A stretch of 64,000 nt of DNA from Macrostomum hystrix. Lineage: Eukaryota > Animalia > Platyhelminthes. The notes beneath the pieces were generated by a model. That model was not told where the DNA came from. It worked only from the letters and a program-made list of their open reading frames with translations, and did no database searches. Within the stretch, counting starts at the first letter, position 1. Every line of letters begins with the position of its first letter. Location: positions 5,518,001-5,582,000 of the forward strand of contig CATNEN010000034.1 of the NCBI GenBank assembly GCA_950097015.1. The letters are read 5' to 3'. Shown here piece by piece: positions 13,185-26,685 of this stretch. A program made the translations under genes and the position numbers.

Positions 13185-16100
13185 TAAATACTTAGCTATC
13201 ATGCCAATGTGTCAACAGAAGATCAGTTGTTTTTTAGACTAGGCCTAGAGGTACCAGAGGTGACAGGTTTAGTTATTTGGTTAATTTTAAAGAAATATGA
13301 AATATAATAAGTTGAAATATTACAAATGTAGAGCCTGAAAGTGGAACTGTCTAATAATAGATTTATGGCTGATTCAAATTTAAATAATTCAATATTCTAA
13401 ACCAGGGCCCTAAATTATAAGACCATGCTTACAATATTTTTATATAGGCCTATTTTTGGTATTTTTTCAAATAATAATTATCATTTAACATACTAGTTTC
13501 AGTTGACCATCACATTTTAAATTTGTCTTTAGAGCTTTAAAAATTGCAGTTTTTTAATTTAACATTCATATCAAACAATCAGATGCTCATCATTTACAAA
13601 AGTTGAATGGGTCCACATGGTCTTTTATATTATTTAATTCACAAGGCAATCATTTTAGGGCAACTTTTAAAGTGAACTGATTGTCATCCACAACTAAAGA
13701 CAAAAAGGTAAAGTTCCAACACTTTTAGCATCCAACCATTATATCTGTTTTTGGGAGACAATCGTTTCTATACAACTTTTAAAGAAAATGTGTGTAATCC
13801 AAAACTATGAACAAAGTGTTTATAGTATTAAGCATTGCACTTTTACTTGAAATTCATTTGCAAGTATCCATACCATTGAAAATGATTGTCTTCTGAAATT
13901 GAGTGGAGTGCTCCACTTTGTAAACCCAGTATACTTTTGTTTACTTTAGTTAGCTATTCTTTAGTAAGTTACGGTAAGTAAAGACATGAAAAGCTGTTGT
14001 TGCTGAATGCAATCATTTTAGGGCAGATTTCTTATTCAAATAATTGTCACCTAAAACAGAACTAATGCACAAGGTCCTAAATTAAATAACTGGGAAAATA
14101 GCAGTGCAGCAGTTTGAGAAGACAATCATTTCAATTTGAAATCTGCCCCAAAATGATCAAGACTGATATATGAGGTCTGGATCATTAAATACATTAAAAA
14201 ATGATACTGAAACCATTGCTACCCCAAATGTTTGCTTTTGATTCTGTGGAAACCATGTCCATGAGCACTAAAACTTAAACTTAAGTCTTTACCTAGCCAA
14301 AATGTCAAGAAACTAATTTTGTTGCTCAGTCATAAGTTAAGCTATTTTAAAAAACACTTCTATTATTCCAAGTTGGCAATATATTAAACTTTTATGATAA
14401 ATGCCATTTAGCTATAGATTATAGAACTTATAAAATATTTTTTCTTTTTACTTTTGAAAGTTGGACCTATCAAGCTTGTTAAAACTATGGCAGTATTGGT
14501 CATATACATGGCAACATCTGAAGTCTCAAGCCATGTGACATAGCTTTAAAGCATATATAATTTGGCACTATTTTTATCTTATCCAATCCTATCCTATCCT
14601 ATCCTATTTTCCTATTGAAATAGGGCCTCTTATTATTTTAGTTTCTTAGAAATGTCCCAGCAAATTTAATATTTTTGTTTTAATGCACCGTTTGTTTGAC
14701 TAATTTTGTTTAAATGCACTGTTTGTTTGACTGCACTAAAAATAAATAGTTTTACCGAAGTTATGGAGGAGAGAAGGCGAAGAGATAATACTATAAATAC
14801 ACGAGCAAAATAAAGAGAAAACTTACTTGGACAACCTTGGTTGAGAAAAGAGTTCAGAATAAAGAAAGCTTGAATCTTGAAGTGTTCATGCTGAATTTAT
14901 TGGAAAGAGACATTGCGAAAGAGAAGTAAACAGAGTAAGGGAGAGCTGTAAATCAAGATCCACTGGTAAAGCCCAAGACTGACTGATGATTGAATTGACG
15001 ATTGAACTGACAATTGAACTGACAATTGAACTGAAGATTGAATTGAAGATTGAATTAAAGAAGGACTAAAGAGTAACTGAAGAATAATTAAAGAGTGATA
15101 AAGACTGATAAAGACAGATAAAGACCAATAAAGAATACTTATAGAAATAGTACAGTAAAGTTATAAAGTGAATATCGGCAATATTAAATACATATTATGC
15201 TACCAGATTAAATACATAAAATGTTACCAATTGAATTTGAAATAAGAAAGTGCATAAAGCAAATAAATAAAGACATTATCACTATGACAACTTTGGTAAC
15301 AGCAGTGGGATTAGTTAGTCCTACAACAACTTTGTTGGCATTATTATAATTCAGAGTTTAGTAAAAATTATAGAAAGAGGCCTAGGACACTATTTTGATA
15401 GGATTATGTACATTTTGTAATTGTGAACATGTTATATGAAATAACTAACAATGCTTGAAGCATTATTATTTACTAAGGAAGTAAAATCTCAATTTACTTG
15501 ATATTTTTGCCATAGTCTGGATTATGTAATATTCCTGAAAATTTGAGCATGCATTGGTGGTGCCTGCCCAATTTGGCATGCCTGGTTTGTTTGCACTTGT
15601 CTCACATTTAATATCCTCCAAAATTGAAAAAATTGTGCTCAGGGTTGGTATATTGGCTGGAACCATAAAGGTAGAAATCATATCTGTTTTATTATTTATT
15701 TATTTATTTTTTATTACCCAAAAAATTGCTGGTAAGCTAGTTTTATACTATAAAATTTTTGTCAACATATGTATAAATTATCTGCAAATGTCTGCCTATT
15801 TGCTTCTGAATAAAGAGTTATGGAATAAGTAGTACCATAAAACAAGTTTTGGTGAATGAATATATTTTCTATTTACCTAAATTTTTAGTTGGACTGACTC
15901 TAAGATGGTTAATTACAATATGAACATATGAATTAAAACATAAATTAAATCAATGTATATAGAAATACTGGCAAGTTGGTTTAAAGCACATGCTTATTGT
16001 ACAAATAATATTTGTTTATGACTGGTTCTTATAAGTTTTCGAATCGAGAAAATATTTTTACTTCAATATGAATTAGCTTTTCTCAAAATCTTATCTAAAA

Positions 16101-16251
16101 ACAATAAATTAGTGTCAAGAACAATAGAGCATATAAGGTAGATTTAGATTGCCGTTTATTTTTCTATCATCGCTGAAAACTAAATGATAACAAAGCTAGT
16201 CTTTTATTTGGCTTTGGTCTGTTTTTCAGATCAGTCGGGACTGAATCCATC

Positions 16252-19200
16252 ATGTCCACCGAGCAGGTGAAAACGCAGACGGTCAGTGAACCAGTAGAGC
16301 AGCAGCAGCTCGCTGTTGCTGTTGCCAACGATGATGAAAAACAGACGGACGAAGTTGTCAATAATAACGCCAGCGACACAGAGACGGCAACAGCAGGCGG
16401 CGCAGCCGAGTCTGACGCGTCAAACTCTGGTCCGATCCAAGTCTCGGCCACAACTAACGGCCAAGTTAGCGGCGGCGTTAAAAAGAGTCAACGAATTCGT
16501 GTCACTGGCGCCAACGGCAAGCAGCACGACAATGACCTGGTCGAGATGTTTAAAAAGTACGGCAATGTGTCCAAGGTTGAGCCGCACAATTACCAAGACG
16601 GCATCCTGGTCGTGTCTATGGACTGCGTCGATTCCGCTAATCGGGCAGTGGCTGACCTCAATGGCGTTGAATTCCAGGGCCAGAAACTGATCTTAAATAA
16701 CGACTCAGCCAATCAGCGCCGTCTCAACCAGCAGAGGCGCAACGCCCCATCGTCAAACAGTCTGCCGCTTAGGGAGAATTATCCCCTACGCGTTCTGATC
16801 AATTCGGATTTGGTTGGCGCCATTATTGGCAAAGGCGGCGAGACAATCAAAGAGATTACCAACAAGACTAAGGCGCGCGTTGACGTCAAACGGGAAGTTG
16901 TGCAAAAGAACGCTCAACCGAAGAAGGTTCGCAGATATTTTTGTCTGATATTCGTCTCATATTTCACGCGATAAATACACGTACAAGGTCCTTGAGCAAG
17001 ATACTCTATTACATAGCCGAATTACCAGCTTTTTTGCTTTATTACCTGCGGGTAGGAAATCGGGTGGTGTGGAGGCCTCCCTGTCGAAAGACTGGGTAGC
17101 TGTACACAACCTTTAGCTAGGCGAGTAAAAGTTGTTAGTTTGAACAGTCGGGCTTTTGAATCACAGGTTTTCACTGTCTACCATTGTATTTTCAGAGCTC
17201 GCTGCGCAGTCCGGAAAAGGGTGACGCGTCTGAGGCGACGGCTTTGAGTGAAAAGCTTCAGGTTTGGGCATTGTATTCTTCTCTGGTTTTTTGTTGCTTT
17301 TTTAATCCCTGTAGATGACTTGTTTCTAATTGTTAAGGCGCCATTGAATTTTAAGCTTTTAATACTAAGCCTTGACTGGTCCATATCCGTAGTATTGCTT
17401 TATGTGTAGCCAAATCCTTAGTTCTATTGCAAAGTATGGGCCTTGTCACTTATACACTTGCTTAACGACACCAGTTTTTTAGTCTAAGCGTATGCTCATA
17501 AGCTGTCATATTATGTCGCTGAATTTTTAGATTGTATTCATTTACGGCTCGCCAGAGTCCTGCTCGGACGCCTGTCGCGAGATCATGTCAATCTGCATCG
17601 GCGAGGCCAAGGAAAAGAGCAAAGAGTATGTTATTACTTGTCATTTTGTCTTATTTATTATCTGTTCAGGTGTTCATAGTTCATCCAATATTTCAGGTAG
17701 ATAATCTGGTATGTTTTATCATTTATTACGTGTGCCTTTGTTCCCCAAAATGCCATCCGAGTTTAGCATTGCGGCTGCATACAATTCTAATGGAAGCATA
17801 GCTATTCCCACTCCGCAGCAGAGTGACATTTTCGAGACTGTCATCCTTGTACCCCACTCGCAGAAAAAATCCATTGAAATCCCTTGCCAAAAATTTGACT
17901 GTGTTCTCTCTGTTTGGCTGTCTGTGTCTTGATATTTCTTTAGTTTTGCCTAAATTCGTACTTTACGATTAGCACAGAAGAAGGCCACACTAGGCAGCAT
18001 CGAGAATTTATTGAAGAAGGCTGTAAAAAAATCGAATGTCAATTTCCTTTTATTCTTTCCCAAATTTCAGAGAGCCTGATCTGGGCATCCTAGCCGAGGA
18101 CAGATTCTGCGGACGAATAATTGGCAAGGATGGCAAGAATTTGAATACCATCCGAGAGAAGTCCAAGACTAGCATTCAGTTGTCCAAGTAAATAGCATTA
18201 TAAAGCTTTGTTAAATTAAACATCTCCTAAAAACGGGTATTAAAACATGTTTTGCAATACAACATCCACAGTTCGCCAACCATCACCACCTACGATTCGA
18301 GTTCGCCAGCATTCAGCCTGGACCGCATCATTACGGTGAAAGGCAGTTTAGAAGGCATGTGTCAGGCTGAGAAGTATCTGTCTGAGAAGCTGCGCCAGTG
18401 TCACAGCATTGACATGCAACAGTACAGTTATGCGCCCAACATTCCCCAGGGTTACCCGGCTCCGTATCCAGCTGCCGACTATGGTAAGTGCAAACGTTGC
18501 CTAGTCTGGTTGACAAAAATGCCGAATTTGTATATTCTTAACGAGTTCGTTTAAAATCCCAATCAGGCTACCCGGTACCCATGCCCGGCATGCTGCCAGC
18601 TCAAGGCGCTCCTCTGCCCGGCTACCCGGCACACGGTTATCGGCTTGGCATGCCTGCTGGCGCTGCCGCAACGACTGTCGCATTCGCGCCTATGCCGTCG
18701 CCTTCAGCTGCCGCAGCAGCCGCCGCTGCTCAGTACGGCGCCGCCGCTATGCAGGCACCGCCTCCTCAGCCCCCGGCGCCACCGTTGCCGCATCATCATC
18801 AGCATCATGGCACTCCCCTTGGTGGCATGGTTAGCATGATGCAAATGGCGCCAGCTGGACCTGCCCTGTACGCTCCTGCTCCGCCTCCGCCACCGGCTGT
18901 TATTGAAGAGATTCGTCTAGACGAGGCTGTCTACATGCGCATCCCGCACGGTAGCGCTGGCGCCGTTATAGGATCTGACGGTGTGTCGATTAAAAAGATC
19001 ATGGAGGACACCAAGACCTACGTGAATGTTAGCAAAGTCAATGTTGATACTAAGCGCGATGGCGAGCTGCCTCAGCGTCTAGTTACCATCCGCGGCCCGC
19101 AAGGCAATCAGTGCAGAGCTCAGTGGCAAATTTTCCAACGAGTTCGCGCCTCGGTAAAGCAGCAGGAGACGCCTGATGTACCCGAACGGGATCTGCGCCT

Positions 19201-19768
19201 CTGGACTGTGCTGCGCGTGCCAAAGAAATGGATTGGCCGTATCATTGGCAAGCAGGGTAAAACTGTGCGCAATCTCCAGGGCACCTCCGGTTGCATCATC
19301 AACTTGCCGGACGAGCCTGACCTGCCAGAGGAACGCGATCAGAGCCTGGAGATCTACGGAAATTTCGACTCGACCCAGCTGGCCCTCACAAAGATTCGCG
19401 CCCTGATTAGCCAGGCTCAGTCTCTTTATCACCAACAACTGGCCGCTTCGATGGCCTACCCAATGCCGATGCCTGCTATTCACGGCTATTCCCCTATGCC
19501 GCAGATTTTGCCGGCTAGGCTGGCCCCTTATCCGGGCGGTCCAACTCGCGCCGAATACATGCCGCAGCCAGCGATGCTGCCAAATATGCCCGCTTATCAG
19601 CCGGCTCGAGTGCCACCGTTGCCGCGGCCGCAGCTGCCTCAGCATATTCCTCCGCGTGATGCCCAGCTCCCAGCCGCTGTACCTGCCTCCGCAGTGCTAA
19701 ATGGACACGGCGTCCTACCCGGTAGTAGCGGCGACAATAAGCAAGCTAGTCCACCAACGCAGGCCTAG
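16252..19768 (+). CDS. IGF2BP: IGF2BP/Imp-like RNA-binding protein (one RRM + four KH domains, ~766 aa)
   Basis: Exons 16252-16926, 17531-17625, 18071-18187, 18272-18483, 18567-19768 join in frame. KH motifs are YPLRVLINSDLVGAIIGKGGETIKEI, FCGRIIGKDGKNL, GAVIGSDGVSIKKI and IGRIIGKQGKTVRNLQ. The DRIITVKG segment and Pro/Gln-rich linkers resemble IMP proteins. Confidence 0.88.
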
Positions 19769-19821
19769 GATGCATGGCTAGTAAGTCGAATTTAAGGAAT
19801 TAAATCTTCGTAATCATAGAC

Positions 19822-20685
19822 TTGACTGCCTTCCTAATCATGATCTTGACTGTCTACCTAATCATGATCTTGACTGTCTTCCTAATCATGATCTTGACTG
19901 CCTTCCTAATTATGAACTTGACTGTCTACCTAATCATGATCTTGACTGTCTACCTAATCATGATCTTGACTGTCTTCCTAATCATGAACTTGACTGTCTT
20001 CCTAATCATGATCTTGACTGTCTACCTAATCATGATCTTGACTGTCTTCCTAATCATGATCTTGACTGTCTACCTAATCATGAACTTGACTGTCTACCTA
20101 ATCATGATCTTGACTGCCTTCCTAATCATGATCTTGACTGTCTACCTAATCATGATCTTGACTGTCTACCTAATCATGATCTTGACTGTCTACCTAGTCA
20201 TGATCTTGACTGTCTACCTAGTCATGATCTTGACTGTCTACCTAATCATGATCTTGACTGTCTACCTAATCATGATCTTGACTGTCTTCCTTATCATGAA
20301 CTTGACTGTCTTCCTAATCATGATCTTGACTGTCTACCTAATCATGATCTTGACTGTCTTCCTAATCATGATCTTGACTGTCTACCTAATCATGAACTTG
20401 ACTGTCTACCTAATCATGATCTTGACTGCCTTCCTAATCATGATCTTGACTGTCTACCTAATCATGATCTTGACTGTCTACCTAATCATGATCTTGACTG
20501 TCTACCTAGTCATGATCTTGACTGTCTACCTAGTCATGATCTTGACTGTCTACCTAATCATGATCTTGACTGTCTACCTAATCATGATCTTGACTGTCTT
20601 CCTTATCATGAACTTGACTGTCTTCCTAATCATGATCTTGACTGTCTACCTAATCATGAACTTGACTGCCTTCCTAATCATGAAC
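19822..20685. repeat. 24-bp minisatellite, 36 copies, with a duplicated 13-unit (312-bp) block
   Basis: Unit is cttgactgtctacctaatcatgat. The variant order in units 7-19 is repeated in units 20-32. The array starts about 54 nt after the Imp stop codon. Confidence 0.97.
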
Positions 20686-23600
20686 ATTTTATTTATTTAT
20701 GGTAGCTAAATTTCTTTAATGATTTTTTGCAGAGCGCTCTGCCAATTGCTGTCGAGAGATAAAATGAAAGAGAGAGAGCAGCCAATACCAAGAAGACGTT
20801 GCGGCAAAAAAGATTAATTAATTTCTCATGTTTCTGTTGTTTTGCTAGACCTCTCTAATGTCCGCGTTCTCAAATTTTGCATGCTGCATGTAGTGGCGCG
20901 CGCGACAGTCAATTGCGTTTCTCTTGCTTCTCAGCTGCTGCTGCAGGGCTCGCCTTAGTCTGCTCGATGATGGCACGGGGCTACCCCCGCAGAAGTCTTG
21001 GTGGAAACATATTATAATACTTATTAAAGTTTCGCTTTGCTTTTTTTCTTGAGTCTTTTGTTACGTTACTTATATATTTTTAGTTCATATTTTCAAGAGA
21101 GTCATTGTGCCAGGACTGTAGTTTGCTTAGATTCGCTTGGCGAGGAGTTTTGTTAAGCTGGTTGCTTTTCTTTATTACGTCATAAGCGGCGCTTGCGCCT
21201 AAGGAACGTTTGCGCTTGTTTTCTGTGCATTTTTTTCTGCGAGCGACTTTCAGGGATTTTTTCCCTTAACAAAAAACAGCGAACTGGTGATGCGTCCGTC
21301 TTGGGCTTGGGGTTGAATTTTGCGTATTTTCTTATTTCTTTTTTATTACTCTTTTTTACCACCGAACATGTTGTCAACAATGTCCCTAGTCGGCAAAACC
21401 TGCGTCTAGGATTTGACTCCGACCGATACGGCGCAGGCTATTTTGTTTTTTGGCAACTGAATGTTGTGTCCATTTTATTTTTCTTATCCAAATCTCTCCC
21501 TTCAATCCTGTCCTCTCTTTCATCCATGCCACTTAACTTCAATTCTTACTGCTTCACTATGCTTGCCCCATTTGGCTTCTAGTGTCGTTGAAGTCACTGC
21601 TCTTTACAGGTAAACTAATCCCAGTTACGGGTAAGGGGATCTTATCCCATTGTCATAATGGCACCCCTCCCATTCTCCTTGTTCCTGTTCCCTCCTCAGT
21701 GCTTCCAGTGGCTTCAGTCGCGGTGATGCAGGCTCTTTACCTATCACCTGCGACTTCTGCCATCACAAACGATCTTGGGCCTCATCGGTGTTAGGGATAA
21801 AATAAATTGTGATCCAGCATTGTCAGAAATTTGGGTTTTTCAATCAGAAAGTAGGGCGCCATTCGGTTGAACAGAATTTATTCAGCTTGCTCAGCTAGCC
21901 AACCAGCCTGCAGACTGGCTTCGCTGGCCAAACACAACAAATGTCAACTGTTTTGTTTGCTTTGATTATTTTCAAAGCTAATTAATTCAATTAAAGTATA
22001 TATTTATATTCTTTATTTTTGTTTCTTACCGTGTTTTTCTTTATTTGTGTTTTTTATTTGTTTTTTACGAGTTTTAGTTGCTTCTTTCGTACAGGAATTT
22101 CGGGCAGCCTATAGGATAACCTCTGAGTCCGGCACACACACACTAACACTCGCACCTACATTTGCAAAAGCGTGCTAAGAGAGACATTGTGAAGTTGAGA
22201 GAGTACCTATAAAGCATTGAAGCATTGTATTTTATATTTGAGTTAACTTTTTGTCCTGCAGACTCTTCTTGGTCGCGCATATTTTTATTTCTTTTGTTGG
22301 TTTTTTTACTTTGAGAATTCTTAGTAAAATTGCTGTCTTTTTCGCGAACTGACGCTTTTTCTGTTTGCTGAGAGTTACCAAGCTAAATAATAACGGAAGT
22401 AATAATTTTAAGAGACTAATAATTCACCAGTTATCCCTTTCTGCAGTCTAAAACCAACCAACAGCTTACCGTATAACATGTAACTTTTTTAGTTTCCAAG
22501 CCGCCTTACTATGCTCTAAGTTGATATCTGTCTCTCGCTGCTCCACACAGTACTAAACAAGGCCCGCTTGTCGATCACTAGAACATCTACCAGCGCAACA
22601 GCAAACATATCAAAACATATTATGCTTTTTCTCCATGTTTTATTCACGTCGCCCGTCTATGCCGCCGTCGCTGCCAGTAAGCCAGACAAAATGAAACACT
22701 TGTCAAGTTTAGCCATAGAGATTATATTCGCCAGCTTCCTATAGACGTTTTTTCAGCTTTGCATCCGCGTGATTTTCCCCATCCCCAGACCCATTCGTTT
22801 GCTGTGTTCTACTTTACCTACTTCATCCTTAGTTTGTTTATTAAATATATTACACTTAATATGTTAGCCGAACTTTTTAGTCGGACTTTTGCGCCCCGCG
22901 TCTCCGGCCTTACTTTATCAGCCCGCTCATGTACTGTTCTACCACTTTTTTAACTTATCTGTTTGTGTTCTTTTCATTTTTTCTTAAATTAGCAAACTGT
23001 GCAAATTAGGCCTTTTTGTTACAAACTGATAAAGTTGTCTCTGTGTGACCCTGGTTTTTACAGTTATTTCTACTTCTTTTCGTCCACCTGTTTTGCTAGC
23101 ACTACGCAGTGTGTATTGAAATAGTGTCTTTTTGCTATATTATATATAGTTATATATATATACATATATTAGTTCTATTTCACTTTTCAGCCTTTGCTTT
23201 ATCTTGCAATCTGTGTTGCTTTCTATGCAGTTCCTTTTTTGTACTTGCTTTTCTCTATCAGACTGTCGGACTACTTTATCTCGACTTCTATCAAAACAAT
23301 TCGTAAGTCTCTTAATTGATTGTATTAATTAATAAGATCATAGATTCTTAAGATTTAGCTAAAAATGAGCCTATAGCTTTTACTTAAAATGTGAAATCAT
23401 AAAATATAGACTCAAAGCCAGTTATATCTTTTAGCTTCCGGTTCACTTTTTTCTAGAAAAAATATAATCGGCTCATTAAAAAAACTACTAAAAGTCGTAA
23501 CCATCGCACAGTCAGTTCCTTTGTAATCCCCGTTTTTTTGTTAAAATTAGCTTCTTTTTTTTCAAGTTTAGCCTGCTCTTTACCGTCATTTTTCTGTTTT

Positions 23601-26079
23601 CTAAGCGTTTAGCACTTAGTCACTTTCAGTTTGTTCTTTTCGTTGCTTTTCTCTGTCCTTAATTTCATGAAGGTTTAACAAAAACTTCCACCACAAATCT
23701 ACAAAAAAGTTTATTAATTTTTTTTCATTTAACAAGAAACCGCAGCCTTCTGCACTAGTTACTCTAGCAACCACCTATTGCCCTCTTCTCTGCGTTCGCT
23801 TTTCCCCCGCACCTTTTTTCTTTTCTGTTGAAAGCAGTTTCTTAATCGATTTCCCCTAAACTCGCTTATTCATAAGCTATGCAAAATACTCGAATTTATC
23901 CCTATATCAAAGCGCTGTTTTTTCAAGCTTATATTTGTTTCACAGAAAAAATACGACAATTTACTACTACAAACTTACCAGTTCTCATGTCCACAACGAA
24001 TTAGATGGAATTCCGATGCACCGTTTATTGCAGCGCAGCTGTGCAGTCTCCTTGCTCAACTACCTTGCAGTTGCCGCGTGTTTTCCAACTGTTTTCTCCC
24101 TCAGCAACGCAAGCGGGCACTCAGCTGTTAGTTATTATTATAAGTTTTCTAATGTAAAATTCCTTGTCGAGATACGATGACCGCGGATTTTTTCTATCCA
24201 TATGCCAGCCTCACTACTATTAGCGTCTACGCTCTGTAAGGATTCTCTACTCTCTTAAAACTAACTATAAAGGATAAATGATATCGGTTTTCCACGAGAT
24301 AGTAATGTCACTGGTAACTATTGAAGCTTACATTTGGTTTAAAAAAGAAGCAAATAAAAATTTAGTGAAACTTGTAATGTTTGTTTTCTTAAGGAAAAAA
24401 ACCCTGCGTGACGCACTTTTGCCTTTTTTCTTTACTGATTGTGAAAATGTTAAAAAATTTGCCTGCTTTCGGAGTGGTAAGGTGCAATTTTGTATAAAGC
24501 GAGTACAAAATGTAGGCTTATGTAACGAGCTCATTTTGAAACAAAGATAATACAAAATTAAAATGAAAACTTCCGCGACCGCGCTGGGAGCATCGGAGAC
24601 CCCGTTGCGCATCACAAAGATGTATAAAACATAGATAAAAGGTTAGTAGATCAGGTGGATATCCGAACGGGGAAAGCAGAATAGTGTGCAAGCTTTTGGT
24701 ATCATTCGGATAATTAAAAGCTAACTTGCCACAACGAGAATGTTGTGCGGCCCTAGTAAGGGGCACTGGTTGATTGCTGGCACACTGTGAGGATCCGTTC
24801 GCAGGCCTCAATGTGCCTGGCATCCAGGCCGGCTGGGGCCCTGTAAGCTAAGAGAGACAGCCCTAAAGGACATTGTTGACCCCTTGACCCGGAGTTAATT
24901 ACGCACCGAAGTTTTAAGATCTATAGAGGGCCAAATTGTCACTGGTACGTTGTGGTTTCTCAAGGGAGCTGTTTAGGGAGTGAAAATCGCCGCTAATTTG
25001 TTCATCGCTCTGTAGTAATATACTGCAAGTGTAAGTCACCACGCTGTCAAACCGCTGGACAACCCGCAACAATCACATGCAAGACCCAGGGCCACAGGCA
25101 CGCATGCAGGAATTCCAAATTGTTCACTAAAGTTTCAAAAAAGTAATTGTCAGTAAAACAAATCAAAAAACCTTTGTATAAATATTATTATGTGTAATAG
25201 CTAATAACTATATTATTGACCGTAAAAGGAATATTCTTTGAAAAAGCTATATTAATTTATCCTCAGATTTATCCTCAAATAATTGGTACGAGCGTATTTT
25301 CCTAGGCCTATGTTCTACGCACTTTGTTATGGCCTATTCAAGCTGATCTATTTACTTGCACTTTTAGTCGCTCAAAATAATTTTTCCGTTTCCATTTGTA
25401 AAATTGTACGTAGCAAATGTAGTAATTGTAATTGCTAGTGTAATGTTTCATGCTTATCACATTAGCATATATTTAGATGAAGCTATACATTTTTTGTATT
25501 TGTTGCATGCCAGAAATGAGAATTGGTGCTGACGTGAAATTCTTACGACTTCTTAAAGCTTCAATCCTACATACTTCGGCTTCGGGTTTTCCGCCCGACT
25601 TCAAACTTCCTATGTCTTCTGTTTACAAAAATACCAGTGAAGGTTTACTAAGTTGTTTTCTAAGGCATCAAGTTGCTTAAATGCTGGCTATTTAAAACTT
25701 CTTAAACTAACTAAAACCTAACACTAGCTAAGAATAAGATGATTTAATATACCCATTTCCAGTAACCAGTAACAACCATAGACTTATATTAAGGTAAGTT
25801 GATGTTAATAATATAAATAAAAAGCAGAGACAAAAATAACATTTTTAATCATAACTTTAACTAGGCCTAGCTGCTATTTGTGTACAACTTTAAATACATT
25901 TTTCCAAAAGTAAATATAAATGTTTTTACTTTAATTTTTTTCTTTTAAAATAAAAAATATTAATAACTAAAGATTGGCATGGCTTTTTGAGCCATATTAT
26001 AAACTAGAATAAAAATGATACTTCCTTGTCCCCATTGTAGTCTGTTCTGGTCCTATTGCAGTCCCATTGTGGTCTGTTG

Positions 26080-26685
26080 GGCAATAATGCACTTTTGTTT
26101 GCGAAATTATTTTTCAGTTTAAATTGAAAACTTAGAAACCAGAATATACGCTTAGGCCTAACATTATACGAATAAACCAGAATATATGCTAATATACACT
26201 TTAGTCTTAGTCTATGGTCGAAATCCTTAAGCATGCATGTGGGATGCTCTATTATTATTTTTTCATTAAATCCATTTGTGGACCCAAATGACGCGACTCT
26301 CCACACCAACACAATTGAGGGAACGTGGGCACATTGCAAGGCCAAATTCAGGGCCATGCATGGAACAAGTGATGCCCTCTTCAAGAGCCACATCCAGGAG
26401 TTTATGTGGCGCCGACTGTTCGGAGCAAACAGGGCTTTCGGAAACATGTTTTTCTGGATTTGCCACTACTACAATGCCCAGTGACAAGCTATGTCCGCCA
26501 CTAGAACACAATGACCTGACGAGTTGGCAAGTTCAGCAACCAAAGAGCTAAAAAGATACACTGTGCTCTGGCACAATCGTTAGAATTGTTCAAAGCATCA
26601 ATTTTTGTCATTGTTATTGTTTTCTGGTTTTAAAGTATTAAATTTAAATGAAAAATAATTTCGCAAACAAAAGTGCACTATTGTC
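26080..26685 (+). mobile_element. Merlin/IS1595(ISXO2)-family DNA transposon, internal deletion derivative
   Basis: TIRs of ~65 bp (ggcaataatgcacttttgtttgcgaaattatttttc... and ...gaaaaataatttcgcaaacaaaagtgcactattgtc) with a perfect 9-bp TSD ggtctgttg (26071-26079, 26686-26694). The residual ORF FVDP...HTNTIEGTWAHCKAKFRAMHGTSDALFKSHIQEFMWRR is the C-terminal part of a DDE IS1595-type transposase. Confidence 0.9.

Noticed and set aside
19822-20709. 295-aa hydrophobic ORF (LTVYLIMI repeats) as a membrane protein
   Set aside because: It is just the translation of a 24-bp minisatellite, starts at TTG and has no non-repeat domain.
26233-26484. Bacterial IS contamination
   Set aside because: The element is integrated with a TSD in AT-rich eukaryotic intergenic DNA, which fits the eukaryotic Merlin lineage.
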